Positions 10,630 to 25,600 of a stretch of 64,000 bases of DNA are shown here, piece after piece (the first letter of the stretch is position 1; the number at the start of each line of letters is the position of its first letter). Source of the DNA: Centroscyllium fabricii. Its lineage: Eukaryota. The DNA lies in contig JBNRSN020000904.1 in assembly GCA_051313645.2 (NCBI GenBank), forward strand, positions 1-64,000. Direction: 5' to 3'. The position numbers and the translations under genes were made by a program. The notes beneath the pieces were generated by a model, which was given only the letters and a program-made list of their open reading frames with translations, had not been told where the DNA came from and did not search any database.

Positions 10630-13600
10630 GAGAGTCCATTCACAATGAGGAACTCTGAGAGTACATTCACAATGGGGACCTGTGAGAATCCATTCACAAT
10701 GATTACCTGTGAGAGTCCATTCAAAATGGGGACCTGTGAGAGTCCATTCACAATGGGGACCAGTGAGGGTCCATTCACAATGGGGACCTGTGAGAGTCCA
10801 TTCACAATGAGGACATGTGAGAGTCCATTCACAATGAGGACCTGTGAGAATCCATTCACAATGGGGACCTGTGAGAGTCCATTCACAATGAGGACCTGTG
10901 AGAATCCATTCATAATGGGGATCTGTGAGAGTCCATTCACAATGAGGGCCTGTGAGAGTCCATTCACAATGGGGACCAGTGAGGGTCCATTCACAATGGG
11001 GACCTGTGAGAGTCCAGTCACAATGAGGACCTGTGAGAGTCCATTCACAATGAGGACCTGTGAGGGGCCATTCACAATGATTACCTGTGAGAGTCCATTC
11101 ACAATGGGGTCCAGTGAGGGTCCATTCACAATGGGGACCTGTGAGAGTCCATTCACAATGGGGACCTGTGAGAGTCCATTCACAATGAGGACCTGTGAGG
11201 GGCCATTCACAATGATTACCTGTGAGAGTCCATTCACAATGGGGTCCAGTGAGGGTCCATTCACAATGGGGACCTGTGAGAGTCCATTCACAATGAGGAC
11301 CTGTGAGAGACAATTCACAATGAGGACCTTTGAGTGTCCATTCAGAATGGGGACCTGTGAGAGTCTATTCACAATGAGGACCTGTGAGAGTCCTTTCACA
11401 ATGCGGACCTGTGAGAATCCATTCACAATAGGGACCTGTGAGAGTCCATTCACAATGAGGACCTGTGAGAATCCATTCACAATGGAGACCTGTGAGAATC
11501 CATTCACAATGAGGACCTGTGAGAGTACATTCACAATGGGGACCTGTGAGAGTCCATTCACAATGAGGACGTGTGAGTGTCCATTCACAATGAGGACCTT
11601 TGAGTGTCCATTCACAATGAGGACCTGTGAGAGTCCATTCACAATCAGGACCTTTGAGTGTCCATTCAGAATGGAGACCTGTGAGAATCCATTCACAATG
11701 AGGACCTGTAAGAATCTATTCAGAGTGAGGACCTGTGAGAGACCATTCACAATGAGGACCTTTGAGTGTCCATTCAGAATGGGGACCTGTGAGAGTCTAT
11801 TCACAATGAGGACCTGTGAGAGTCCATTCACAATGGAGACCTGTGAGAATCCATTCACAATGAGGACCTGTAAGAATCCCTTTAACAATGAGGACCTGTG
11901 AGAATCCATTCACAATGGAGACCTGTGAGAATCCATTCACAATGAGGACCTGTAAGAATCCATTCACATTGCGGACCTGTGAGAGTCCATTCACAATGAG
12001 GACCTGTGAGAGTCCATTCACAATGGGAACCTGTGAGAGTCCATTCACAATGAGAACCTGTGCGAGTCCATTCACAATGGGGAGATGGGAGAATCCATTC
12101 ACAGTGGGGACCTGTGAGAATCCATTCACAATGAGGACCTGTGAGAGTCCATTCACAATGAGGACCTGTGAGAGTCCATTCACAATGAGGACCTGTGAGA
12201 ATCTATTCACAATGAGGACCGGTGAGAGTCCATTCACAATGAGGACCTGTGAGAATCCATTCACAATGAAGACCTGTGAGAGTCTATTCACAATGAGGAT
12301 CTGTGAGAGACCATTCACAATGAGGACCTGTGAGAGTCCATTCACAATGGAGACCTGTGAGTCTCTATTCACAATGAGGATCTGTGAGAGACCATTCACA
12401 ATGGGGACCGGTGAGAGACCATTAACAATGAGGACCTGTGAGAGTCCATTCACAATGAGGACCTGTGAGAGTCCATTCATAATGGGGACCCGTGAGAGAC
12501 CATTCACAATGGAGACCTGTGAGTGTCTATTCACAATGAGGATCTGTGAGAGTCCATTCACAATGGGGACCCATGAGAGACCATTCACAATGGGGACCTG
12601 TAAGAGTGCATTCACAATGGGGACCTGTGAGAGTCCATTCACAATGAGGACCTGTGAGAGTCCATTCACAATGAGGACCTGTGAGAGTCCATTCACATTG
12701 TGGTCCTGTGAGAGTGCATTCACAATGAGGACCTGTGAGAGTCCATTCACAATGGGGACCTGTGAGAGCCCTTTCACAATGAGTACCTGTGAGAGTCCAT
12801 TCACAATGTGGACCTGTGAGAGTCCATTCACAATGAGGACCTGTGCGAGTCCATTCACAATGGGGAGCTGTGAGTATCCATTCACAATGGGGACCTGTGA
12901 GAGTCCATTCACAATGGGGACCTGTGAGGGTCCATTCACAATGGGGACCTGTGAGAATCCATTCACAATGAGGACCTGTGAGAGTCCATTCACAATGGGG
13001 ACCCGTGAGAGTCCATTCACAATGGGGAGCTGTGAGAGTCCATTCACAATGGGGACCTGTGAGGGTCCATTCACAATGGGGACCTATGAGAGTCCATTCA
13101 CAATGGGGACCAGTGAGAGTCCATTCACAATGAGGACCTGTGAGAGTCCATTCAAATTGAGAACCTGTGAGAGACCACACACAATGAGGACCTGTGAGAG
13201 TCCATTCACAATGAGAACCTGTGAGAGACCATTCAGAATGGGGACCTGTGAGAATCCATTCACAATGAGGACCTGTGAGAGTCCATTCACATTGGGGACC
13301 TGTGAGAGTCCATTCACATTGGGGACCAGTGAGGGTCCATTCACAATGAGGACCTGTGAGAATCCATTCACAATGGGGGCCTGTGAGAGTCCATTCAAAT
13401 TGAGAACCTGTGAGAGACCACACACAATGAGGACCTGTGAGAGTCCATTCACAATGAGAACCTGTGAGAGACCATTCAGAATGGGGACCTGTGAGAATCC
13501 ATTCACAATGAGGACCTGTGAGAGTCCATTCACAATGGGGGCCTGTGAGAGTCCATTCACAATGAGGTCTTGTGAGAATAGATTCACAATGGGGACCTGT

Positions 13601-16600
13601 GAGAGTCCATTCACAATGGGGACCTGTGAGAGTCCATTCACAATGGGGACCAGTGAGGGTCCATTCACAATGAGGACCTGTGAGAGTCCATTCACAATGG
13701 GGGCCTGTGAGAGTCCATTCACAATGAGGTCTTGTGAGAATAGATTCACAATGGGGGCCTGTGAGAGTCCATTCACAATGGGGACCTGTGAGAGTCCATT
13801 CACAATGAGGACCTGTAAGAATCCATTCACATTGCGGATCTGTGAGAGTCCATTCACAATGAGGACCTGTGAGAGTCCATTCACAATGGGAACCTGTGAG
13901 AGTCCATTCACAATGAGGACCTGTGCGAGTCCATTCACAATGGGGAGCTGTGAGAATCCATTCACAGTGGGGACCTGTGAGAATCCATTCACAATGAGGA
14001 CCTGTGAGAGTCCATTCACAATGAGGACCTGTCAGAGTCCATTCACAATGAGGACCTGTGAGAATCTATTCACAATGAGGACCGGTGAGAGTCCATTCAC
14101 AATGAGGACCTGTGAGAATCCATTCACAATGGAGACCTGTGAGAGTCTATTCACAATGAGGATCTGTGAGAGACCATTCACAATGAGGACCTGTGAGAGT
14201 CCATTCACAATGGAGACCTGTGAGTCTCTATTCACAATGAGGATCTGTGAGAGACCATTCACAATGGGGACCCGTGAGAGACCATTAGCAATGAGGACCT
14301 GTGAGAGTCCATTCACAATGAGGACCTGTGAGAGTCCATTCATAATGGGGACCCGTGAGAGACCATTCACAATGGAGACCTGTGAGTGTCTATTCACAAT
14401 GAGGATCTGTGAGAGTCCATTCACAATGGGGACCCGTGAGAGATCATTCACAATGGGGACCTGTGAGAGTCCATTCACAATGGGGACCTGTGAGAGTCCA
14501 TTCACAATGAGGACCTGTGAGAGTCCATTCACAATGAGGGCCTGTGAGTGTCCATTAACAATGGGGACCTATGAGAGTCTATACACAATGGGGACCTGTG
14601 AGAGTCCATTCACAATGAGGGCCTGTGAGTGTCCATTAACAATGGTGACCTGTGAGAGTCCATTCACATTGCGGTCCTGTGAGAGTGCATTCACAATGAG
14701 GACCTGTGAGAGTCCATTCAAAATGGGGACCTGTGAGAGCCCTTTCACAATGAGTACCTGTGAGAGTCCATTCAAAATGAGGATCTGTGAGAGTCCATTC
14801 ACAATGAGGACCTGTGCGAGTCCATTCACAATGGGGAGCTGTGAGTATCCATTCACAATGGGGACCCGTGAGAGTCCATTCACAATGGGGACCTGTGAGA
14901 GTCCATTCACAATGGGGACCTGTGAGAGTCCATTCACAATGGGGACCTGTGAGGGTCCATTCACAATGGGGACCTGTGAGAATCCATTCACAATCAGGAC
15001 CTGTGAGAGCCCATTCACAATGGGGACCCGTGAGAGTCCATTCACAATGGGGACCTGTGAGGGTCCATTCACAATGGGGACCTGTGAGAGTCCATTCACA
15101 ATGAGGACCTGTGAGAGTCCATTCAAAATGGGGACCTGTGAGGGTCCATTCACAATGAGGACCTGTGACAATCCATTCACAATGGGGACCTATGAGAGTC
15201 CATTCACAATGGGGACCTATGAGAGTCCATTCACAATGGGAACCTGTGAGAGTCCATTCACAATGGGGACCTGTGAGGGTCCATTCACAATGAGGACCTG
15301 CGAGAATCTATTCACAATGGGGACCTATGAGAGTCCATTCACAATGGGGACCTGTGAGAGTCCATTCACAATGGGGACCTGTGAGGGTCCATTCACAATG
15401 AGGACCTGCGAGAGTCCATTCACAATGGGGACCTATGAGAGTCCATTCACAATGGGGACCAGTGAGAGTCCATTCACAATGGGGACCTGTGAGTGTCCAT
15501 TCACAATGGGGACCTGTGAGAGTCCACTCACAATGAGGACCATTGAGAGTCCATTCACAATGAGGACCTGTGAGAATCCATTCACAATGTGGACCAGTGA
15601 GAGTCCATTCACAATGGGGACCAGTGAGAGTCCATTCACAGTAGGGACCTGTGAGAGTCCATTCACACTGAGGACCAGTGAGAGTCCATTCACAATGAGG
15701 ACCTGTGAGAGTCCATTCACAGTAGGGACCTGTGAGAGTCCATTCACACTGAGGACCAGTGAGAGTCCATTCACAATGAGTACCTGTGAGAATCCATTCA
15801 CAATGAGGACCAGTGAGAGTCCATTCACAATGAGGACCTGTGAGAGTCCATTCACAATGAGGACCTGTGAGAGACCACACACAATGAGGACCTGTGAGAG
15901 TCCATTCACAATGAGAACCTGTGAGAGACCATTCAGAATGGGGACCTGTGAGAATCCATTCACAATGAGGACCTGTGAGAGTCCATTCACAATGGGGGCC
16001 TGTGAGAATAGATTCACAATGGGGACCTGTGAGAGTCCATTCACAATGGGGACCTGTGAGAGTCCATTCACAATGGGGACCTGTGAGAGTCCATTCACAA
16101 TGGGGACCAATGAGGGTCCATTCACAATGAGGACCTGTGAGAGTCCATTCACAATGGGGACCTGTGGAAGTCCATTCACAATGGGGACCTGTGAGAGACC
16201 ACTCACAATGAGGACCTGTGAGAGTCCATTCACAATGGGGACCTGTGAGAGTCCATTCACAATGGGGACCTATGAGAGTCCATTCACAATGAGGACCTGT
16301 GAGAATCCATTCACAATGAGGAACAGTGAGAGTCCATTCACAATGGGGAACTGTGAGAGTCCATTCACAATGAGAACCTATGAGAGACCATTCACAACGA
16401 GGACCTGTGAGAGTCCATTCACAATGAGGACCTGTGAGAATCCATTCACAATGAGGAAAAGTGAGAGTCCATTCACAAAGAGGACCTGTGACAATCTATT
16501 CACAATGGGGACCTGTGAGAGTCCATTCACAATGGGGACCTGTGAGAGTCCATTCACAATGGGGACCAGTGAGGGTCCATTCACAATGGGGACCTGTGAG

Positions 16601-19600
16601 AGTACATTCACAATGAGGACCTGTGAGAATCCATTCACAATGAGGACCTGTGAGAGTCCATTCACAATGGGGACCTGTGAGAGTCCGTTCACAATGAGGA
16701 CCTGTGAGAGTCCATTCACAATGGGGACCTGTTAGAATCCATTCACAATGGGGGCCTCTGAGAGTCCATTCACAAAGAGGACCTGTGAGAGTCCATTCAC
16801 AATGGAGACCTGTGGAAGTCCATTCACAATGGGGACCTGTGAGAGACCACTCACAATGAGGACCTGTGAGAGTCCATTCACAATGGGGACCTGTGAGAGT
16901 CCATTCACAATGGGGACCTATGAGAGGCCATTCACAATGAGGGCCTGTGAGAATCCATTCACAATGAGGAACAGTGAGAGTCCATTCACAATGGGGAACT
17001 GTGAGAGTCCATTCACAATGAGAACCTATGAGAGACCATTCACAACGAGGACCTGTGAGAGTCCATTCACAATGAGGACCTGTGAGAATCCATTCACAAT
17101 GAGGAAAAGTGAGAGTCCATTCACAAAGAGGACCTGTGACAATCTATTCACAATGGGGACCTGTGAGAGTCCATTCACAATGGGGACCTGTGAGAGTCCA
17201 TTCACAATGGGGACCAGTGAGGGTCCATTCACAATGGGGACCTGTGAGAGTACATTCACAATGAGGACCTGTGAGAGTACATTCACAATGAGGACCTGTG
17301 AGAATCCATTCACATTGGGGACCTGTGAGAGTCCATTCACCATGAGGACCTGTGAGAATCCATTCATATTGGGGACCTGTGAGAGTCCATTCACAATGAG
17401 GGCCTGTGAGAGTCCATTCACAATGGGGACCTGTGAGAGTCCATTCAGAATGGGGACCTGTGAGAGTCCATTCACAATGGGGACCTGTTAGAATCCATTC
17501 ACAATGGGGGCCTGTGAGAGTCCATTCAAAATGGGGACCAGTGAGAGTCCATTCACATTGGGGACCTCTGAGAGTCCATTCACAATGGGGACCTGTGAGA
17601 GTCCATTCACAATGGGGACCTGTGAGAGTGTATTCACAATGGGGACCTGTGAGAGTCCATTCACAATGTGGGCCTGTGAGAGTCCATTCAAAATGGGGAC
17701 CAGTGAGAGTCCATTCACATTGGGGACCTCTGAGAGTCCATTCACAATGGGGACCTGTGAGAGTCCATTCACAATGGGGACCTGTGAGAGTGTATTCACA
17801 GTGGGGACCTGTGAGAGTCCATTCACAATGTGGGCCTGTGAGAGTCCATTCACAATGGGGCCCTGTGAGAGTCCATTCACATTGGGGGCCTGTGAGAGCC
17901 CATTCACAATGGGGACCTGTGAGAGTCCATTCACATTGGGGGCCTGTGAGAGTCCATTCACATTGAGGACCTGTTAGAATCCATTCACAATGGGGACCTG
18001 TGAGAGTCCATTCAGAATGGGGACCTGTGAGAGTCCATTCACAATGGGGACCTGTTAGAATCCATTCACAATGGGGGCCTGTGAGAGTCCATTCACAATG
18101 GGGGCCTGTGAGAGTCCATTCACAATGAGGTCTTGTGAGAATCCATTCACAATTGGGACCTGTGTGAATCCATTCACAATGGGGGCCTGTGAGAGTCCAT
18201 TCACAATGAGGTCTTAGACAATAGACAATAGACATTTACGGCACTTGAACAGGCCAGCCGGCCTACAAGTCGTGCCGCCCGATCCCTCCAGCTTCCCTTC
18301 TAATACCCTTCTCTCCCCATGTGGATATCCAGTTTCCTCTTGAACGCCTCCAGGCTGCCTGCCTCTACAATCCGTGCCGGCAGCCTATTCCAATCTCCCA
18401 CAACCCTCTGCGTGAAGAACCCCCCTCTTCCATCCCTTCTGAACTTTCCTCCCTGTATTTTATACTTGTGACCTCTCGTTCCTATCTCCCCCATCCTTGG
18501 AAACAGTCTCTGTATGTCCACCTGGTCAATGCCCTTCATCATTTTGAATACCTCTATCAGGTCTCCCCTTGCCCTTCTTCTCTCCAGAGTGAACAGCCCC
18601 AGTTGCCCCAGCCTCTCCTCGTACGTCTTCCCTCCCATCCCCGGCAGCATCCTCGTGAATCTCCTCTGCACCCTCTCCAGAGTCTCCACGTCCTTCCTGT
18701 ACCTCGGTGCCCAGAACTGAACGCAGTATTCCAAGTGCGGTCGTACCAGCGTTGTATACAGCCTCATCAACACCTCTCTGTCCCTAAACTCCAGGCCCCT
18801 ATTGATGAATGCCAGTATCCCATAGGCCTTCTTTGCTGCCCTGTCCACCTGTGCGGCCACCTTCAGTGACCTCTGCACATACACCCCCAGATCTCTCTGC
18901 TCCTCCGTTTCCTTTAACACTTTTCCGTTTAGTCTGTATTCCCTCCTTCCGTTCTTGCTGCCAAAATGCATCACCTCACATTTCCCAGCATTGAACTCCA
19001 TCTGCCATCTCTCAGCCCATCCCTGCATTCTTTCTATATCCCTCTGTAGTCTCTCCCCTCCTTCTTCCTCATCCACTTCCCCTCCAATTTTAGTATCGTC
19101 CGCAAACTTACTGACCCACCCCTCTGTTCCTTCCTCCAAGTCATTTATGAAGATAGCGAACAGTAGTGGACCCAGCACTGATCCCTGTGGGACCCCGCTG
19201 GTGACCGGTCTCCAACTGGAGTAACATCCATCCACTACCACTCTCTGTCTCCTTTGCGCCAGCCAGTTCTCTATCCAGTTAGCTATTCCCTCATTTACCC
19301 CACATCCCCTTACTTTCCTCATCAGTCTTCCATGTGGAACTTTATCAAAGGCCTTGCTGAAATCCATATAGATTACATCAACCGCCTTCCCTTCATCCAC
19401 ACTCCTGGTCACTTCCTCAAAGAACTCTATCAGATTTGTCAGGCACGATTTGCCCTTCACAAATCCGTGTTGACTGCTCCTAATGAATTTAACCTCTTCT
19501 AAGTGCCTATACACCCTATCCCTCAGTACCCTCTCCATTACTTTTCCCACCACTGAGGTCAGGCTGACCGGTCTGTAGTTTCCCGGTTCCTCCCTGGACC

Positions 19601-22600
19601 CTTTCTTAAATAGTGGTCTTGTGAGAATCCATTCACAATGGGGAACTGTGAGAATCCATTCACAATGGGGACCTGTGAGAGTCCATTCACAATGAGGACC
19701 TGTGAGAATCCATTCACCATGAGGACCTGTGAGAGTCCATTCACAATGGGGACCTGTGAGAGTCCGTTCACAATGAGGACCTGTGAGAGTCCATTCACAA
19801 TGGGCACCTGTTAGAATCCATTCACAATGGGGGCCTGTGAGAGTCCATTCACAATGAGGACCTGTGAGAATCCATTCACAATGAGGACCTGTGAGAATCC
19901 ATTCAGAATGAGGACCTGTGAGAATCGATTCACAATGAGGACCTGTGAGAGTCCATTCACAATGAGGTCTTGTGAGAATAGATTCACAATGGGGACCTGT
20001 GAGAGTCCATTCACAATGGGGACCTGTGAGAGTCCATTCACAATTAGGACCTGTGAGAATCCATTCACAATGAGGACCTGTGAGAATCCATTCACAATGA
20101 GGGCCTGTGAGAGTCCATTCACAATGAGGACCTGTGAGAGTCCATTCACAATGGAGACCTGTGAGTCTCTATTCACAATGAGGATCTGTGAGAGACCATT
20201 CACAATGGGGACCCGTGAGAGACCATTAGCAATGAGGACCTGTGAGAGTCCATTCACAATGAGGACCTGTGAGAGTCCATTCATAATGGGGACCCGTGAG
20301 AGACCATTCACAATGGAGACCTGTGAGTGTCTATTCACAATGAGGATCTGTGAGAGTCCATTCACAATGGGGACCCGTGAGAGACCATTCACAATGGGGA
20401 CCTGTGAGAGTCCATTCACAATGGGGACCTGTGAGAGTCCATTCACAATGAGGACCTGTGAGAGTCCATTCACAATGAGGGCCTGTGAGTGTCCATTAAC
20501 AATGGGGACCTGTGAGAGTCTATACACAATGGGGACCTGTGAGAGTCCATTCACAATGAGGGCCTGTGAGTGTCCATTAACAATGGGGACCTGTGAGAGT
20601 CCATTCACATTGCGGTCCTGTGAGAGTGCATTCACAATGAGGACCTGTGAGAGTCCATTCACAATGGGGACCTGTGAGAGCCCTTTCACAATGAGTACCT
20701 GTGAGAGTCCATTCACAATGAGGATCTGTGAGAGTCCATTCACAATGAGGACCTGTGCGAGTCCATTCACAATGGGGAGCTGTGAGTATCCATTCACAAT
20801 GGGGACCCGTGAGAGTCCATTCACAATGGGGACCTGTGAGAGTCCATTCACAATGGGGACCTGTGAGAGTCCATTCACAATGGGGACCTGTGAGGGTCCA
20901 TTCACAATGGGGACCTGTGAGAATCCAGTCACAATCAGGACCTGTGAGAGTCCATTCACAATGGGGACCCGTGAGAGTCCATTCACAATGGGGACCTGTG
21001 AGGGTCCATTCACAATGGGGACCTGTGAGAGTCCATTCACAATGAGGACCTGTGAGAGTCCATTCAAAATGGGGACCTGTGAGGGTCCATTCACAATGAG
21101 GACCTGTGACAATCCATTCACAATGGGGACCTATGAGAGTCCATTCACAATGGGGACCTATGAGAGTCCATTCACAATGGGAACCTGTGAGAGTCCATTC
21201 ACAATGGGGACCTGTGAGGGTCCATTCACAATGAGGACCTGCGAGAATCTATTCACAATGGGGACCTATGAGAGTCCATTCACAATGGGGACCTGTGAGA
21301 GTCCATTCACAATGGGGACCTGTGAGGGTCCATTCACAATGAGGACCTGCGAGAGTCCATTCACAATGGGGACCTATGAGAGTCCATTCACAATGGGGTC
21401 CAGTGAGAGTCCATTCACAATGGGGACCTGTGAGTGTCCATTCACAATGGGGACCTGTGAGAGTCCACTCACAATGAGGACCATTGAGAGTCCATTCACA
21501 ATGAGGACCTGTGAGAATCCATTCACAATGTGGACCAGTGAGAGACCATTCACAATGGGGACGAGTGAGAGTCCATTCACAGTAGGGACCTGTGAGAGTC
21601 CATTCACACTGAGGACCAGTGAGAGTCCATTCACAATGAGGACCTGTGAGAGTCCATTCACAGTAGGGACCTGTGAGAGTCCATTCACACTGAGGACCAG
21701 TGAGAGTCCATTCACAATGAGTACCTGTGAGAATCCATTCACAATGAGGACCAGTGAGAGTCCATTCACAATGAGGACCTGTGAGAGTCCATTCACAATG
21801 AGGACCTGTGAGAGATCACACACAATGAGGACCTGTGAGAGTCCATTCACAATGAGAACCTGTGAGAGACCATTCAGAATGGGGACCTGTGAGAATCCAT
21901 TCACAATGAGGACCTGTGAGAGTCCATTCACAATGGGGGCCTGTGAGAATAGATTCACAATGGGGACCTGTGAGAGTCCATTCACAATGGGGACCTGTGA
22001 GAGTCCATTCACAATGGGGACCTGTGAGAGTCCATTCACAATGGGGACCAATGAGGGTCCATTCACAATGAGGACCTGTGAGAGTCCATTCACAATGGGG
22101 ACCTGTGGAAGTCCATTCACAATGGGGACCTGTGAGAGACCACTCACAATGAGGACCTGTGAGAGTCCATTCACAATGGGGACCTGTGAGAGTCCATTCA
22201 CAATGGGGACCTATGAGAGTCCATTAACAATGAGGACCTGTGAGAATCCATTCACAATGAGGAACAGTGAGAGTCCATTCACAATGGGGATCTGTGAGAG
22301 TCCATTCACAATGAGAACCTATGAGAGACCATTCACAACGAGGACCTGTGAGAGTCCATTCACAATGAGGACCTGTGAGAATCCATTCACAATGAGGAAA
22401 AGTGAGAGTCCATTCACAAAGAGGACCTGTGACAATCTATTCACAATGGGGACCTGTGAGAGTCCATTCACAATGGGGACCTGTGAGAGTCCATTCACAA
22501 TGGGGACCAGTGAGGGTCCATTCACAATGGGGACCTGTGAGAGTACATTCACAATGAGGACCTGTGAGAATCCATTCACAATGAGGACCTGTGAGAGTCC

Positions 22601-25600
22601 ATTCACAATGGGGACCTGTGAGAGTCCGTTCACAATGGGGACCTGTGAGAGTCCATTCACAATGGGGACCTGTTAGAATCCATTCACAATGGGGGCCTGT
22701 GAGAGTCCATTCACAAAGAGGACCTGTGAGAGTCCATTCACAATGGGGACCTGTGGAAGTGCATTCACAATGGGGACCTGTGAGAGACCACTCACAATGA
22801 GGACCTGTGAGAGTCCATTCACAATGGGGACCTGTGAGAGTCCATTCACAATGGGGACCTATGAGAGTCCATTCACAATGAGGGCCTGTGAGAATCCATT
22901 CACAATGAGGAACAGTGAGAGTCCATTCACAATGGGGAACTGTGAGAGTCCATTCACAATGAGAACCTATGAGAGACCATTCACAACGAGGACCTGTGAG
23001 AGTCCATTCACAATGAGGACCTGTGAGAATCCATTCACAATGAGGAAAAGTGAGAGTCCATTCACAAAGAGGACCTGTGACAATCTATTCACAATGGGGA
23101 CCTGTGAGAGTCCATTCACAATGGGGACCTGTGAGAGTCCATTCACAATGGGGACCAGTGAGGGTCCATTCACAATGGGGACCTGTGAGAGTACATTCAC
23201 AATGAGGACCTGTGAGAGTACATTCACAATGAGGACCTGTGAGAATCCATTCACATTGGGGACCTGTGAGAGTCCATTCACAATGAGGACCTGTGAGAAT
23301 CCATTCATATTGGGGACCTGTGAGAGTCCATTCACAATGAGGGCCTGTGAGCGTCCATTCACAATGGGGACCTGTGAGAGTTCATTCACAATGGGGACCT
23401 GTGAGAGTCCATTCACAATGGGGACCTGTGAGAGTCCATTCAAAATGGGGACCAGTGAGAGTCCATTCACATTGGGGACCTCTGAGAGTCCATTCACAAT
23501 GGGGACCTGTGAGAGTCCATTCACAATGGGGACCTGTGAGAGTGTATTCACAATGGGGACCTCTGAGAGTCCATTCACAATGTGGGCCTGTGAGAGTCCA
23601 TTCACAATGGGGACCTGTGAGAGTCCATTCAAAATGGGGACCAGTGAGAGTCCATTCACAATGGGGACCTGTGAGAGTCCATTCACATTGGGGGCCTGTG
23701 AGAGTCCATTCACATTGAGGACCTGTTAGAATCCATTCACAATGGGGACCTGTGAGAGTCCATTCAGAATGGGGACCTGTGAGAGTCCATTCACAATGGG
23801 GACCTGTTAGAATCCATTCACAATGGGGGCCTGTGAGAGTCCATTCACAATGGGGGCCTGTGAGAGTCCATTCACAATGAGGTCTTGTGAGAATCCATTC
23901 ACAATGGGGACCTGTGTGAATCCATTCACAATGGGGGCCTGTGAGAGTCCATTCACAATGAGGTCTTGTGAGAATCCATTCACAATGGGGAACTGTGAGA
24001 ATCCATTCACAATGGGGACCTGTGAGAGTCCATTCATAATGAGGACCTGTGAGAATCCATTCACAATGAGGACCTGTGAGAGTCCATTCACAATGGGGAC
24101 CTGTGAGAGTCCGTTCACAATGAGGACCTGTGAGAGTCCATTCACAATGGGCACCTGTTAGAATCCATTCACAATGGGGGCCTGTGAGAGTCCATTCACA
24201 ATGAGGACCTGTGAGAATCCATTCACAATGAGGACCTGTGAGAATCCATTCAGAATGAGGACCTGTGAGAATCGATTCACAATGAGGACCTGTGAGAGTC
24301 CATTCACAATGAGGTCTTGTGAGAATAGATTCACAATGGGGACCTGTGAGAGTCCATTCACAATGGGGACCTGTGAGAGTCCATTCACAATGAGGACCTG
24401 TGAGAATCCATTCACAATGAGGACCTGTGAGAATCCATTCACAATGAGGACCTGTGAGAGTCCATTCACAAGGAGGACCTGTGAGAGTCCATTCACAATG
24501 AGGACCTGTGCGAATCCATTCAAAATGGGGACCTGTGAGAGTCCATTCACAATGAGAACCTATGAGAGTCCATTCACAATGAGGACCTGTGAGAGTCCAT
24601 TCACAATGAGGACCTGTGAGAATCCATTCACAATGTGGACCTGTGAGAATCCATTCACAATGAGGACCTTTGAGAGTCCATTCACAAGGAGGACCTGTGA
24701 GAGTCCATTCACAATGAGGACCTGTGAGAATCCATTCACAATGAGGACCTGTGAGAATCCATTCACAATGAGGACCTGTGAGAATCCATTCACAAGGAGG
24801 ACCTGTGATTGTCCATTAACAATGAGGACCTGTGAGAATCCATTCACAATGAGGACCTGTGAGAGTCCATTCACAATGGGGACTAGTGAGGATCCATTCA
24901 CAATGGGGACCTGTGAGAATCCATTCACAATGAGGACCTGTGAAATCGATTCACAATGAGGACCTGTGAGAGTCCATTCAAAATGGGGACCTGTGATAGT
25001 CCATACACAATGGGGACCAGTGAGGGTCCATTCACAATGGACACCTGTGAGGATCCATTCACAATGAGGACCTGTGAGAGTCCATTCACAATTAAGACCT
25101 GTGAGAGTCCATTCACAATGAGGACCTGTGAGAGTCCAGTCACAATGTGCACCTGTGAGAATCCATTCACAATGAGGACCTTTGAGTGTCCATTCACAAT
25201 GGAGACCTGTGAGAATCCATTCACAATGAGGAGCTGTGAGAATGCATTCACAATGGGCACCTGTGAGAATCTATTCAGAGTGACGACTGTGAGTTTCCAT
25301 TCACAATGAGGACTTTTGAGAATCCATTCATAATGGAGACCTGTGAGAATCCATTCACAATGAGGAGCTGTGAGAATGCATTCACAATGAGGACCAGTGA
25401 GGGTCCATTCACAATGAGGACCTGTGAGAATCCATTCACAATGGAGAACTGTGAGAGTCCATTCACAATGAGGACCTGTGAGAGTCCATTCACAATGAGG
25501 ACCTGTGAGAGTCCATTCACAATGAGGACCTGTGAGAGTCCATTCACAATGAGGACCTGTGAGAGTCCATTCACAATGGGGCCTGTGAGAATCTATTCAC

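Noticed and set aside
10078-18235. WTLTGPHCE repeat resembling the end of EGF-like repeats (G.TGP.CE)
   Set aside because: Only one Cys per 9 aa, no six-Cys spacing; frequent stops in that frame; probably coincidence
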